Source of the DNA: Basidiobolus ranarum
Lineage: Eukaryota
Length of the DNA: 64,000 nt
Assembly: GCA_040143965.1 (NCBI GenBank)
Contig: JASJQH010006876.1
Location: forward strand, 1 to 64,000
Direction of reading: 5' to 3'
Numbering within the stretch: the stretch's first letter is position 1; every line of letters starts with the position of its first letter. This document shows, piece by piece, positions 46,966 to 59,452 of the stretch. The notes below the pieces were generated by a model that was given only the letters and a program-made list of their open reading frames with translations, made no database searches and was not told the origin of the DNA. The position numbers and the translations under genes are program-made.

Positions 46966-48307
46966 TTAGAAATCAGTGAACAAGTGCTGGTAATTGTCAT
47001 CAGTCACTAACCCATAGACCTCTGGGGATTCTTGATACATATCAAAATTACTGGTATCTCCATCGCTAGACACTATGGGGATGATTGGTGGCTGAACTTC
47101 TAATCGAGATAGTTTGTTCCAGTCAATCTCAACAAACCAAGGATGACGTTTGATATCCCAAACTCCATTTTTCAAGTTACCAAAACGCTTGGTTAAATCT
47201 GCGGTAGTCAACCGCTTGATTAAATCACGAGCAGTAGGATCAATGTGAGGTGGCCATCTTATCTTTCCAGCAAGAATCTTCTCGTACAGTTTGAAATGAT
47301 CATCATCGTAGAAGGGCGGATACCCAGCTAATAACTCAAAGATAAGAATACCGAGCGAGTACCAATCCACGGCTTTACCATAACCTTTCGATTGAATAAT
47401 CTCGGGTGCCAAATAGTCTGGAGTCCCGCACAGTGTCCAAGTAATATCTGGCACATGCTTGGCAAACCCGAAATCTGTGATCTTAATATGGCCTTGAGCA
47501 TTGATCAAGATATTCTCAGGCTTCAGATCACGGTATATAGTGTCAACCGAATGAAGATATTCGAACGCCAACACCACTTCAGCGGCATAAAATTTGGCTA
47601 CATGAGCAGGGAACCTCTACATAAATACACTATGTTGTTAAATTTCAATGGTACTAGTAGACTGTGCAAAAACCAGACATTATACTGACTTGGAATTTTC
47701 TGATATAGCTAAATAGCTCTCCACCAGGCACGTACTCCATGATCATGTAGACATTAGCAGTATCTTGGAAAGTTCCAAGCATATTGACAAGAAATGGATG
47801 GTTACAAGCATTGAGAATACTACGCTCATTGTTTACATGCTCAACTTGTTTTAATCTAACCACTTCGGTCTTTTTCAATACCTTCATAGCATAATACTTA
47901 CTATTGGCCTTCAATTGAACAAGGTGTACACGTCCAAAAGAACCGGTCCCAATAGTACGTAATAAGACGAAATCAGCCAAGCAAAGGCTGGGTTTATCAG
48001 CTTTTGGAGTAGGCACAGGAGAGGAATGAGTTTGTGTATATTGGGTGTTGGGGATAGGCTGATTTGATCGCGCAGAGTCTTGTTGTGAATAAAATTGTTG
48101 GTTTGAAGACTGTTGGTAATTTGACTGTTGCTGGTAATTTAGTTGCTGTTGTTGGAGATTTGATTGTTGTTGATATACACCACCATTGTTTGAAAACAAT
48201 TGTTGATTATCTGGACTAGACTTCTCAGCTGTTGGTGCCTTATGAAAAGTTTGTTGGGGAACTTTGTAAGTGGACTTATCGAGTAGCTTATTTAGAAAAT
48301 TCGCCAT
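46966..48307 (-). CDS. cAMP-dependent protein kinase (PKA) catalytic subunit with Gln-rich N-terminus
   Basis: [50 protein letters not shown] and C-terminal FTDF. Intron at 47617-47689. Confidence 0.95.
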
Positions 48308-49329
48308 ATTGAATCGGAACTCAGAGGAGAATTAGTAACCAGGTTTAACTAGGAACTGAATTAGTGAAGCAAATACTACGCGTCAGTAGAGATGCGTAAC
48401 TTATGAAATGAAAATTATCCACCACTATATTGAACTTGGAAAATAAAGCCAATAACAATAGGAGGGAAAAAGTGGGGACAAGAAATTTGGATAGAGAAAG
48501 TTAGCCTAAGATGAGACTGTTTCTTTTCTTATTCTTTCCAGTCTTTTCCCTTTCGTTTACGCAATCATTCAATTAATCATTGAGTTTTCGTCACATACTC
48601 GGGAGTAGTAAAATCCTAGTTTGATGATTGGATTGAGGTCAAATAAACATATATACGTATACTGAATACATTACGATTCATTCCACACTCCTGATCCATT
48701 CATCAAAAAATTCCCAAATGGCTTGGGCTTGGGATTGCCGATTCTCGCGTTAGGATGCTTCTCCTACTGGACGTGAAGCCCTTCCACTTACGCCAATATA
48801 AATCCTATTTTGGTGTTGCCACTAATGACTCAAATCAAATATCCAATTTCATCAGCGACAATTAACCTCAGTTGATCCTAATTGGTCCCAAAATACTGAG
48901 AATGAATGATAATTGCGATTTAGCTCAGTGATCTGAAACTTATTGGTTTTAGGACAGCAAATCATTTTTGTCATAAACTAGCACGTACTTGATAATTCAT
49001 GCGAGAGTTCCCCATTACCCATGGTTGTGGAACAATATAGATTGCATAATAAATAGTTTTGCTGCTAAATTAGATCACGCACTCCTAAACGCAAGAGTGG
49101 CCGACCATCAGACCAATTCCTTATTCTGATTCCACGTGGGAGACAGGAACGGCATATTTGTTTTAGTTAACCAAAATTCCCAACAATTTTACTCAGTTGA
49201 ACTACACAAATTGTATCATAAACACACTACATCACTAGAGGGAAATTACTAAAATTCATATGAAATATAAGATATTATTTACAATTGCTCTAACTTCCGT
49301 TCAAACAGTGTGTTCTAATAATAAAAACC

Positions 49330-49929
49330 ATGGAAGATCGGGTTAAGCAATTTCACGTAGATGCACAACAGGTTGGAAATATAGCCTTGAATAAGGCTGT
49401 AAAAGGAATGAATACTTTACGTAAGTTTATTTTTAAAAACCAGGTATGTGTTTTTTGTGCCATCTTCACCCTATGTTCGCGCAGAAATTCATAAGATGTC
49501 TTTAACTCTGTCATCAGGATTATAGATTTTCAGATAAAGAGAAAAATAAATTGTTTGGCGCCATAGAGTCATATTTTCATGCATTCGACCGAAGGTAGCT
49601 ATTAGTACAATCGTATTTCCCTTGTTATTTTACCTTAATTAACCCGCTGGAACGTTGCATCGCAATTATCTTTAATTTACCCTAGTGAGACTATTCAAGA
49701 GACTGCCTTCCCTTTAATTGAAGATGCCTTAAAAGTTCCAATATTTACTACTAAACAAAAGAGCACGATGTTAAAGTGGTATGAAGAGATTGTAGCCAAG
49801 CAAAATGGCGACACAGGGCCCAAACAGCAACCCAGCGACTCACTCAAGAAGAAAAATCCTTACTACGATGATGATGATGAATATAATTGGGATGAGTGGG
49901 AGAATGAAGTAGATGAAAATGTATTATGA
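49330..49929 (+). CDS. Three-exon small hypothetical protein (about 145 aa) with acidic tail; absent from the ORF track
   Basis: Exons 49330-49443, 49518-49594 and 49686-49929 join in frame through GT-AG introns: MEDRVKQFH...LRKFIFKNQ/DYRFSDKEKNKLFGAIESYF.../...PIFTTKQKSTMLKWYEEI...YYDDDDEYNWDEWENEVDENVL. The 3' end is uncertain. Confidence 0.65.
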
Positions 49930-50532
49930 TTGCTACCATTATTCCTATTGTCAAGCTTGCAAAGTTGATTTTCAATTATTGAGATGATAAACCCTTTTAG
50001 CCATGTTTGCCTTCAATTTTGATATCTGCAAAGTTGTTCGATATAATAGTGATTCAAAAATTAATGAAGTAAAAGCTTTGATCGTATTATTATAAACTGC
50101 ATCCTTAGAGAGAGGGAGGCATCAATATACTTGGAAATACTTCATTATTTTCAACTCTCTCTGTTGGCCCCTCAGCTAACACAGCTTTTTTTGTCCTACT
50201 CCTAGATTTGCATTTATTTTCGTCTGCTTGTTGTACAACTAAGAATATTGAAAAATCTGATACCCTATCGTTAAATGGTGTAATATGGAATTCTTAAAAC
50301 TATGCATTTTTGCCAGAGTTTCGAAATTTACACGTATCTAACAAACAATATATGCTAGTTCTATCTTGTATCTTCTCTTTTACTTGCGTTTAAGTTATAT
50401 TTATTTCGACACAAAGGGACTTTGTTTCAAGACGGGTTGACATATCTTCATATTTAGAAAATACTTTAAAACTAGCAACACGGGATAATACTATATATTG
50501 AACAACCACCAAGCTTCCATAGTACATACAAA

Positions 50533-51616
50533 ATGCTAACTGGGTCTGAAATTACAGATGAGAATTTTTCAACTCCTTATTTTATGGGCAGTGAGTTGGA
50601 GATGGCCTGGTTGAAAGAAGCACAAGATGTTCAAGAAGTACGTTCGAAAATCCTTGAGTACTTCAAGCCACCTAATTTCTACGTTAAACAGGCCGAGACT
50701 GCTTTTTACCTTGGTAGGAGCCTTCTTGCTCATTTCCGTTTCTCCTCAATATGTTTTTTAACACTGAATACTTGACTAGGTACAAACAAAAGTACTCTGA
50801 AGCGATATATACTTATTCCTTATCATGTATACCGAGACGTCAAAGCAGATCTTGAAGGTTTACTTGGGATTCCCTTACCTGAAATACAGACACAAAATTT
50901 GTATCAAGAGATTCAAGAGACACGATTTGACAGCCATGCAACGTATTTCAAAGTAGTGAAAATGTTAGGACGCCGTAATAAAAAATCCAAGAAGAAAGTA
51001 AAGGCACTACAGGGACAGAAGCTGCTAGAAAACGCCAAATTACTGCTGAGTGAAAACAAACACATATTTTTCACCATCGACGTGGAGATGTATGAGCGAG
51101 ATCATGTTTCAATCATCGAAGTTGGTTGGTCAATGTATCACTCTAAACGCGGATTGTTCAAAGATAGGCATTTTGTAGTTCAAGAAAACCTTCATTTACG
51201 TAACGGGCGTTACCACCCTGATAACAAGGAGAAGTTTCTTTTTGATGAATCTGAACTTGGTACTCTGGATGAGATCATCAACTGTCTTGAGGAGGATTTG
51301 TCTACAGGTCCACCAAAAATTCTCATAGGACATGATTTGAAGTCCATTCTCGAAGCTACACAGATTGTGAACATCAATCTGGAATCTCTAGACGAAACGC
51401 TAGACACCTCAGATTTACACACTGTGAAGTTTGGTGGAAAAGACAAACCCAGTCTAAGTCGAATGCTGGACGATCTTGAGATTGACTATTATTGTCTTCA
51501 TAATGCTGGTAATTTGATGTGCCTCTTTGCTATCCAATTAACACTACTAACTCGTACTTTCTCTAGGAAACGATGCTCATTATATAATGGAAGCTTTCCT
51601 TAAGCTTGTGAGATAA
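50533..51616 (+). CDS. Gfd2/YDR514C/QIP-like RNase H-fold (DEDD-type) domain protein
   Basis: FTIDVEMYE..IIEVGW, RHFVVQE..LRNGRY..DNK..FLF, ILIGHD, LDT and LHNAGNDAHY. Exons are about 50533-50712, 50780-51508 and 51567-51616. Confidence 0.8.
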
Positions 51617-52026
51617 TTAGCTGCCCCATTACTCCCTATTCTCTCACTTATACTTTCTTGACCAACGAAAGAAATCCCGCATTCCATCTCATCTCATCAC
51701 ACACACATACACTACATTCCTTATTATGCTTATTATTACGCTCACATAATGATTCTTATATACTTTGCGCACATCTTGACTCGCCACTGGTTCAGGGATC
51801 CTAAGGAGTACGTCACCCATTCTTTGTTGGTATCTTGCAATGCTTCAGTGATTAATTCTTCAATAAAGTGCAACATATTCAATTCCACTGGGCTTTATCA
51901 ATGATGCACAATACATGAGTATTCCTAGATGTTGTTTAATGGATAATTCAGTGAAGATGAATGTCAAAATCGCATATATCAGGGTGGCTTTTATTAGTAT
52001 TGTGATGGTTCAGCGTATGTTCTGAA

Positions 52027-52623
52027 CTATTGTAGTTTTTTATGCCCGTATTGAGATACAGCATTTTGTAAGAACTTGTATGATTGCATTAGTAATAATA
52101 ATGGTATTACTACCCACAGGCCATTGAAGAGAGTCAAATACACCCAAAGGTACATAGGATTATCGGTAACCAGTGATGGGGAGCCTACCAACCACTCCGG
52201 AGCAAACGTCATCCAATCACCATATAGCTCAGCAGTACATAGCAAGACTTGTAAAAAGTGTCTGCTTGGCAAGTCGTTAACTAACGCATATAGGACGGCA
52301 AAGCTTAAAAACCCGGCTAGTACTACGGTTATTATTTCGATGCTTACGACCGTGGGATCTGAATACAACCAGCGGGTATCAGCTTTTCCATATTCTTTCC
52401 AAATGCTAGCTAAAAAACCTGAGCTGGTTTCGACCTGACGACCAAATATTGACATGTAAACGAAAGGGCCTTCTAAGAACAAGTGGATTAAAAAGTCAAA
52501 GCTCAACCATACGAATATCCATTTTTCTAAAGCTGGCTTCTCTTTTACGTAACGTTTCGATGCTGCAAATGAGATGCCTAGAAGTAGTAGAATAAAACTC
52601 AATGAGATTAGCAACGATAACAT
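52027..52623 (-). CDS. EBPL: Emopamil-binding protein-like (EXPERA/EBP family), EBPL-type
   Basis: WKEYGKADTRW..DPTVVSIEIIT, RHFLQVLLCTAELYGDWMTFAPEWL and YLTLFNGLWVVIP closely follow EBPL as I recall it. The protein is multi-pass transmembrane with a C-terminal KKxx motif (KKLQ). Confidence 0.85.
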   Translation of the reverse strand: MLSLLISLSFILLLLGISFAASKRYVKEKPALEKWIFVWLSFDFLIHLFLEGPFVYMSIFGRQVETSSGFLASIWKEYGKADTRWLYSDPTVVSIEIITVVLAGFLSFAVLYALVNDLPSRHFLQVLLCTAELYGDWMTFAPEWLVGSPSLVTDNPMYLWVYLTLFNGLWVVIPLLLLMQSYKFLQNAVSQYGHKKLQ

Positions 52624-54275
52624 TGAGTCAAAGTGATCTGTAGATTCCCTTCTACAAAATAGTATTCAAGTTCAATATGCAAATACCTAATCAAAGCTAT
52701 CCCCATCCCCATGTTGTCATGTGAAATACAGGAAATCTCTTGCGTTTGGTAAAATTATCTTTCAATATTTGTGTGTAAGTTACTGCAGTCGTAAGTGGTT
52801 AATATATTTGTTCCAATTTCATCGTAACCTGTGACGGAAACGAAATTTGTACGAGTAACCACAATATCATGATCAATATACAACGGTATGTTTCAACTCT
52901 ACATTTGACAAATGGGATAATATAATAATAACATATTTCAACCTTAGTTACTCAACCAAGCTCCACAATTGGTTAATAATAGTAGGCTAAACTTTAAGTA
53001 ACAGGGATCTTCATTAATATTATACAAATAACATTCCCCGACCTTTTTTATTAACAATTCCACATCCCCACATTTTAGTGATGAATTGACTTTGTAACTG
53101 TCGGTACTGGAGAAGAGATGCACCGTACTTGAGTACGGAGAGAACTCACCATGAATGCGAATATAGACAGATAGAAAAGAATGGATACTCTGTATCAATA
53201 AACACTGGGTTAACTTTGCTAGCTGTTAGATACATGATAATGGCTCGACCACTACCAGCTTCGCTTCAAATAAGCCACAGTGAGATTCTAAACAGTTCCA
53301 AAAAGGTAGGCGATTCACACCACATTCATCAAATATGTAATTCAATTTTGACAAATGTTGTATTTGGCTAGGGCTTTCCTTTCCTTTGTATATCGCTAAA
53401 CCGCTCAAACTAGGTGCATCTTTTTTTCCGAATACCGGATCCATTCTCCGATCTCCATGGATTTAACTTGTTTGATGTTCAAGCTTTAAAAGAGGATGGT
53501 TTAGCCACTTGGCTAGAACAATCGCACACCTCGAACGCTCAATATTTTGGCAGCTGTGCATTCTTTGCATTAAACTCTATGATTTCATACCAGTTCATAT
53601 CTTCCGCTACTGGTTATGGCCATTCATATATAATTCAAGTTATATCCTAGTAAAGAGATAAAGCGTAGATACGTTTTTTGGGTAAAGTATACTACCCTGC
53701 CTTATTCGCCAAATTGCTTGTAAATACCCACTGGAGGGATGCTCCTCTTTAGGCTAGAATCTGGTTTTTTCTAGCTAAACTTTCCTCGATTTTCACTCAG
53801 TATTTATCGCGCATTTATTCATTTTTAGCAGGAATTCTTGAAATTAATCAGCCAATTATATTTTGCTATAGAGGCCAGCTGTCCATTCCTAATTTTGGTG
53901 GGATTTGTTAAGACCAAACCTGCTTCCCCATTTTAACTAATAATTGAAATCTACTTGTGATTGACACCAAGCTCTTTTCCCTGCGTGTTTATATCCTTTT
54001 CTCCAGAGCAGGCTTCTCATACATCAGCTCATTTCTTATTGTTTCATCAGTCCTTTAAATTTCTTGCCTCATTAAAGATCATCACTTTTGTAAGATTTGG
54101 CCTCTAAGCACCTGATTAGTGTGTCCGCTCATCCTTATCAATTCATTAAGGCCTTCATCTTTGGTTGTATAACATAAAACTCAGCTAAAATCTCCAACCC
54201 CTGTCAATACTCTGCCAGCTTAGAACCTTTTATCTGTCAAAACATAATTCATAGAGACCTGTTCGATACTTAACG

Positions 54276-56183
54276 ATGTCTACTACACAATATGTTGCTA
54301 CCTCAGCACAGCTGCAGGTACTAAAACAAAGACAACAACAACTTTTGGCCAATCAAGCTGCTTTACGCAAAGCACAACTTGGGAGAGGAAATCAGCCTAT
54401 GCCCAACCAAGGTCTGATAAATCAAGCAATGATGGCAAATCAAGCCATGTTAAATAATCAAGCACTGCTGGCTAATCAGGCCATGGCTGGCTTAAATCGC
54501 AATGGACAACCGACACTATCCGCTCCAAATTCTCATACAGGGCAAGTAACTCAAAACGCAATCACTGTTCCTCAAAGTATATCCCAGCCTATGCAGCCGC
54601 AATCTATTCATCAAACTGGTGCACAAATACCCACCACAAATATTGGGGTTTCTACATCTAATCCTGCAGTCGCCACTTCCGCAGTTTCACGCGCCGCATC
54701 AGTTCCGGCGACGTCCGTCAGTAACACCGCTAGCTTGTATGTACATTAGCAAACTGTATTGTTATATAATTTTGACTTAGCAGTTCTGTCTAATTTTTTG
54801 TACTTTATAGGCTAACAGGCTCAGGAAGCGCAATCATGAAAGTAATCCAATATTCCGAACAACTTACCGGAAAGAATGAAGTATGTTGTTTAATATATAT
54901 TATCATAGGTTTGATATACAGTTTTATTAACTTTCGTATCTTTAAATTGACTTGGAATATAGGATGAAAATTTACAACTAGCTGGACATTGGAACAAGAT
55001 AATGTCTGAATTTTTCGCGTCAAATGGATTAATGAAATACACGCTTTGCCATTCCCAACTCAAAGATACTAGAACATTTGGTAATTAGAAATTCAACAAT
55101 ATAACAATATATCGCTACTGACTTAATACTTTCAGATCTGCCCACTAGCTTATTAGCTAGATTTTACTTAATAAATTATGAATCTGGTGTTACTGATATT
55201 CAGTTAGTCTTGGAAAACCCGGTGGAATTCGCCCTTCCTAACGGTTATCATGTTGTTGAATGCGTGCGAGCCGCCTTTGTATATCATTATTGGGATGGAA
55301 CACAGGTAACTATTTACTGATATACGAAGAAATGCTATTTTGATATGACCACTAACAATACGTGCATCTAGGTTTATGCTAATGGTACTCTCAAAGTAAC
55401 GCTTGACTCCCAGCTTAAGTTTGAATTATTTGAATTCGCTACCACTGAATATACCGAATTACTGCGCCGTGGCTTACTACTAGCTCTAGCTCAATCTCAT
55501 AACGAAGGAAAGATAGATATAAACCATTTGCCTGACTCTCCTATCAACGATTATGGAGTCCCTATTCGAACAATGAGATGCTTGGAGGTAACCCAACTTA
55601 TTCATTGTACAATTATTTCTCAGCTTAATCAAAATATATTCTAATAGATATCTGAAGTTATAACTGAAATGAGTGATTTAATATCCTACAGTTTCTCCTC
55701 TAATCTTGGCCCAATTCGTAAGCTATACGATATAAATACTACAGACCTCTTGGTGGAACAATGCTAACCACTCGATATTTTAACAAACTAATTTTAGAAT
55801 CACTGCGAAAATACGGGGAGATGTTAAGAAATGGTTCGGTAGGAGCTAGCGGTGGTTCAAATATTGGAGTTAATGGCTTGTCTGACCCTAACAAATCTCA
55901 AATACCTGGGGTTAACGATCGGTCAGGTGGAAATCCTACAAGTTCTATGCAATCACAAGTCCCGACTACATCCGTATTAGGTGAAAAATAATCAGCAAGG
56001 ACAGAGTAGATCAATCAATCTTATTAAACTCTATTTCGTACAGGCAAACAGAAGCTTTCTTTAACGATTGACACCGATAATAAAATGAAGAAAGTGAAGA
56101 TTGAGTCCCCTCGTATACCCAAAAAACCGAAAACTCCAACGACACCTGGATTCAAAAGAAGGCATTCACAGTCCGAGAAATAA
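54276..56183 (+). CDS. LIM-domain-binding/SEUSS family transcription cofactor (PtaB/Mfg1/Adn1-like)
   Basis: Gln-rich N-terminus, then spliced exons giving HWNKIMSEFF, RTFDLPTSLLARFY..YESGV, VVEC..AAFVYHYWDGTQVYANGTLKV and INDYGVP.RTMRCLEISEV..MSDL. A basic NLS-like tail lies before the stop at 56183. Confidence 0.85.
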
Positions 56184-58198
56184 GTAAAAAATCACGTAAA
56201 AGCAAAACTCCCATTTAATTTTTCTTATTTTTGTTATATCAGTATTTGCATCGGTTTTTTTATATTTTTGCGCATCTCTCGTGACATTACCAAATCATCT
56301 TTTGTTTCCCACAGATTCTCATGTATCTTCTATTCCATGTCTCTAATCATCCTTGATCTATTGTTTTTATTTCGTTATTTGTGTTCATGATGCTTGTATA
56401 GTATTCCCAATTTACCTACTATCGTTTTCGCTTTTGATTATTTGTCAAGGTCTTTTGAATTTCGACAAGATATATTTCCATATTTTTCAAGGGTCTTAAT
56501 TTGATTCACAAAGCTTATAATGCTACAAGCCCAAGACAGGTGAGCTTTATTACGAATTGGACGAGTCAGTTGTTTTACATTGGTGCTGGTCATTTTCTCA
56601 GTATTAGGAGTAATATAATATTCTCGCAAATTATCTTCGACTTGGACATTGTTTGCTTGGTTTCCTGTGTAAAGCTTTCTTTTTACCCCAAAGACATTTT
56701 TCATAAACACAACATCTATCCAAAATGAATTAAACTTCTACACTACTAATAATTTATCCGGTATGGAGCGGCTAGTTTACCCGTTTGCCCATACACCAAT
56801 TCAACATCACTATTTGAAGTTAAGGCTGTTGGTGCTTGGTTTGGCATTTTACATAATCCTTATAAAGCTACTCTATCAATTTCTGAAACACTAAAACCTT
56901 AATGGAATGTTCCGATCTATCTAACGTTTGATGGCCTAGAAAGATTGGTTACAAACAATAGATCTCTTGATGGTCACGATAGTTACGGTGATCTGTGTAC
57001 AGTCAGTGAATCATAATAATGAGTTGTCTTCTCTTTGGAACAAGTTTCTTGAACACCCAAGAATATTTATATAAGTATTTCGCCTGATTCCCACTCTTAC
57101 ATCAAGGTTGTGGAGAATATTCCAGATATCTCAGTTAGTATTGGAGAAGTATATTATGCTCAGAATACCAAAACATAGAATTCAGCGCTTTCAGCATCAT
57201 GTCGTAAAGACTCACAGGAGCTGTAGAGTAAATACAGATTCAGCACTCCATTTAGTACTTGTATAATGCTATAACTTTTGAAACATTGGCATTGAAGTGT
57301 ATAGTGGTGGTTTGATAGTCTCCTGCTATCTGGATCAATATCTAGATACTAAAAAAGTCACACTATGTAATTCACATCACACATTTGATTTCATTTAATC
57401 GCCGATGTACCATACATCATTTCATGTTTATGTAATCTATAGCAGGTGTGCTAGAGGAGGTTTCTCCAGTTATACTGACACGCGCTCTATATACCAGGTA
57501 ACTTGAGCCTAACGTTCAGAAAACTTCATCAAAGATAAGCGCTAGCAAGTATTAGGTAAGTCTCATGCAGGAACAACATCCTCAGAACCCCTCAGAACTC
57601 ACTCATACCATAGCAATAATATTCCGAAAATAGTTCACATTCATGGATCGTTTACATAGAATTATTTGCTGCATATTCCTGTATTGTGCTATACGATCAC
57701 AGATTATACATATTTATTAATGTCACTCTTAAGTAATCATTTGAACTAGGAATGCACTATACCATCTTAGATTCAGCATTCAGCCATTGAACATGATTTG
57801 AGACTAGAGATGCGCAGTAATACAAAAAATTTGAATCCTCTGAAACCCCTGGTGATCAGTATATATATATAGATTTCTATATAAGCCCTTCACCTGTATG
57901 GTAATGAATGATTGCCGGTTTTTTGTGATGAGATGCTATTAATGCAACCCTGATATCTGGTATTTAAGAGTCAAGTTTTCGTACTACATCCTTTCATCTA
58001 TTCTACACTCTTTCTTGCAAGTTCTTGAAAATCCTCCTTTTTGTTTTGCATAGATCTGTGAATTCCTGCTGACAATTTTACTTCGAATTACGACTCAGTC
58101 AGCATATTCTAGTGAGTTAGACAACCCCGCCCCCCCCCGCACCGGTCAACGTGTGGGTATGTTATTTCTACACACATCCCAACAGTTTGGATAAAACG

Positions 58199-59452
58199 AT
58201 GGATAATTCAAGAAGTTCATCATTTGACCCCAGTTTGTATCAGAAATTCTCAGAAAGTATGATGAACTTCAACACGACAGTCAGCGTACCTCAAAGCATA
58301 AATATATTCGACCACGGTCCCTTTATATCAGCTTCACCATATATTCCAACCTCTCTGGATATGGCCCAAAATCTCCTAGTTGACCAAGCACCCTCATTTA
58401 CAGAGCCTCTACTACAAAACATGTTCAAAAGTGAAGAAATCCACCCCGAATCTAACAGGAAAAGCGGCCGGTCTAATGGTGTTTCTAGCGATCCTAAAGA
58501 GTTCTGTTATGTTATTACTCCTTTATGCAATCTATTATATTGTTCCTCTTCTTCACAAGAATTGACTGGGTACAGTCCAGAAGAATTGGTCGGTAGATGT
58601 ATAACCGAATTTATTCATGAAGATGATATTGACACGTTTATAAGACAATTCAATATGGGACTTACTCGTCAACAGTCGCGACTTTACTATCGTTTTCAAA
58701 AGAAGAACGATGAATTTGTGATGTTAGAAGTCCAAGGGAACGCGTATTATCAGTCCGAGGATCACCAATTGAAATATCTCTTCTGTATCGCTAGGCCGTA
58801 TCTCTCTAAAGCCTCCAGTATATTAGATGCCTTTTTAGAGTTAAAAATGGAAAACGATATACTAAAACGACAGCTATCTGATCTTGGGAATTTTGTACAA
58901 GATAGTAACTGGGTTAGTTCCAAGAACAACAAGGATTCAGAGACTTATTCGAACGTATTTGGAAGCATCCCTTCACCGAAATCAACTATTCAAGTCATCT
59001 CTGAGCAATCAGGAATCTGTAATATTAGCAGAAGTCCTATAGATGCAGATATAAATAGCCCAGAGCAACTGAAAAGGAACTACACACCGGACGAAAGTCT
59101 TGGCAGCCAGGATGGTATTCCGAAAATTAAGAAAAAGGTGAGGTTACCGATATTCCAAGAACTCATTCACCTACAATTTATTCATGCTATTACATTTAGA
59201 AAAAGCAAAAAAGTGAGGATAGCCATGATCATGTGTGTTCTGAATGTGGAACGGTGGAATCTCCAGAGTGGAGAAAGGGCCCTCAGGGACCCAAGACGTA
59301 AGCCATTCAATGTCATAAACCATCTCTACTCATTAATTGGGCTGATCATATTACTTGCTCCATTAAGGTTATGTAACGCCTGTGGATTACGATGGGCAAA
59401 AAAGACTAAGCGGGAACAACAAACATTCAAAACTGAGGATATCAACAGTTAG
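58199..59452 (+). CDS. White collar-2-like PAS plus GATA zinc-finger transcription factor
   Basis: PAS domain ([27 protein letters not shown]), coil ([11 protein letters not shown]) and a GATA finger [32 protein letters not shown] after removing introns at about 59138-59198 and 59298-59367. Confidence 0.85.
   Translation: MDNSRSSSFDPSLYQKFSESMMNFNTTVSVPQSINIFDHGPFISASPYIPTSLDMAQNLLVDQAPSFTEPLLQNMFKSEEIHPESNRKSGRSNGVSSDPKEFCYVITPLCNLLYCSSSSQELTGYSPEELVGRCITEFIHEDDIDTFIRQFNMGLTRQQSRLYYRFQKKNDEFVMLEVQGNAYYQSEDHQLKYLFCIARPYLSKASSILDAFLELKMENDILKRQLSDLGNFVQDSNWVSSKNNKDSETYSNVFGSIPSPKSTIQVISEQSGICNISRSPIDADINSPEQLKRNYTPDESLGSQDGIPKIKKKVRLPIFQELIHLQFIHAITFRKSKKVRIAMIMCVLNVERWNLQSGERALRDPRRKPFNVINHLYSLIGLIILLAPLRLCNACGLRWAKKTKREQQTFKTEDINS

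Noticed and set aside
15490-52623. Sterol or lipid biosynthetic cluster (ERG9, enoyl-CoA isomerase, EBPL)
   Set aside because: The genes are tens of kb apart and interspersed with unrelated genes, and EBPL is not known to be an active isomerase.
53100-53650. Protein-like short ORFs between EBPL and the LIM-binding gene (similar ones at 4463-4784, 14170-14600 and 56440-56730)
   Set aside because: I could not build a consistent spliced model or recognise a motif. They may be decayed relics but I cannot support that.
58125-58140. C-rich run upstream of the WC-2-like gene (possible G-quadruplex on the minus strand)
   Set aside because: Too few separate G-tracts for a canonical quadruplex.
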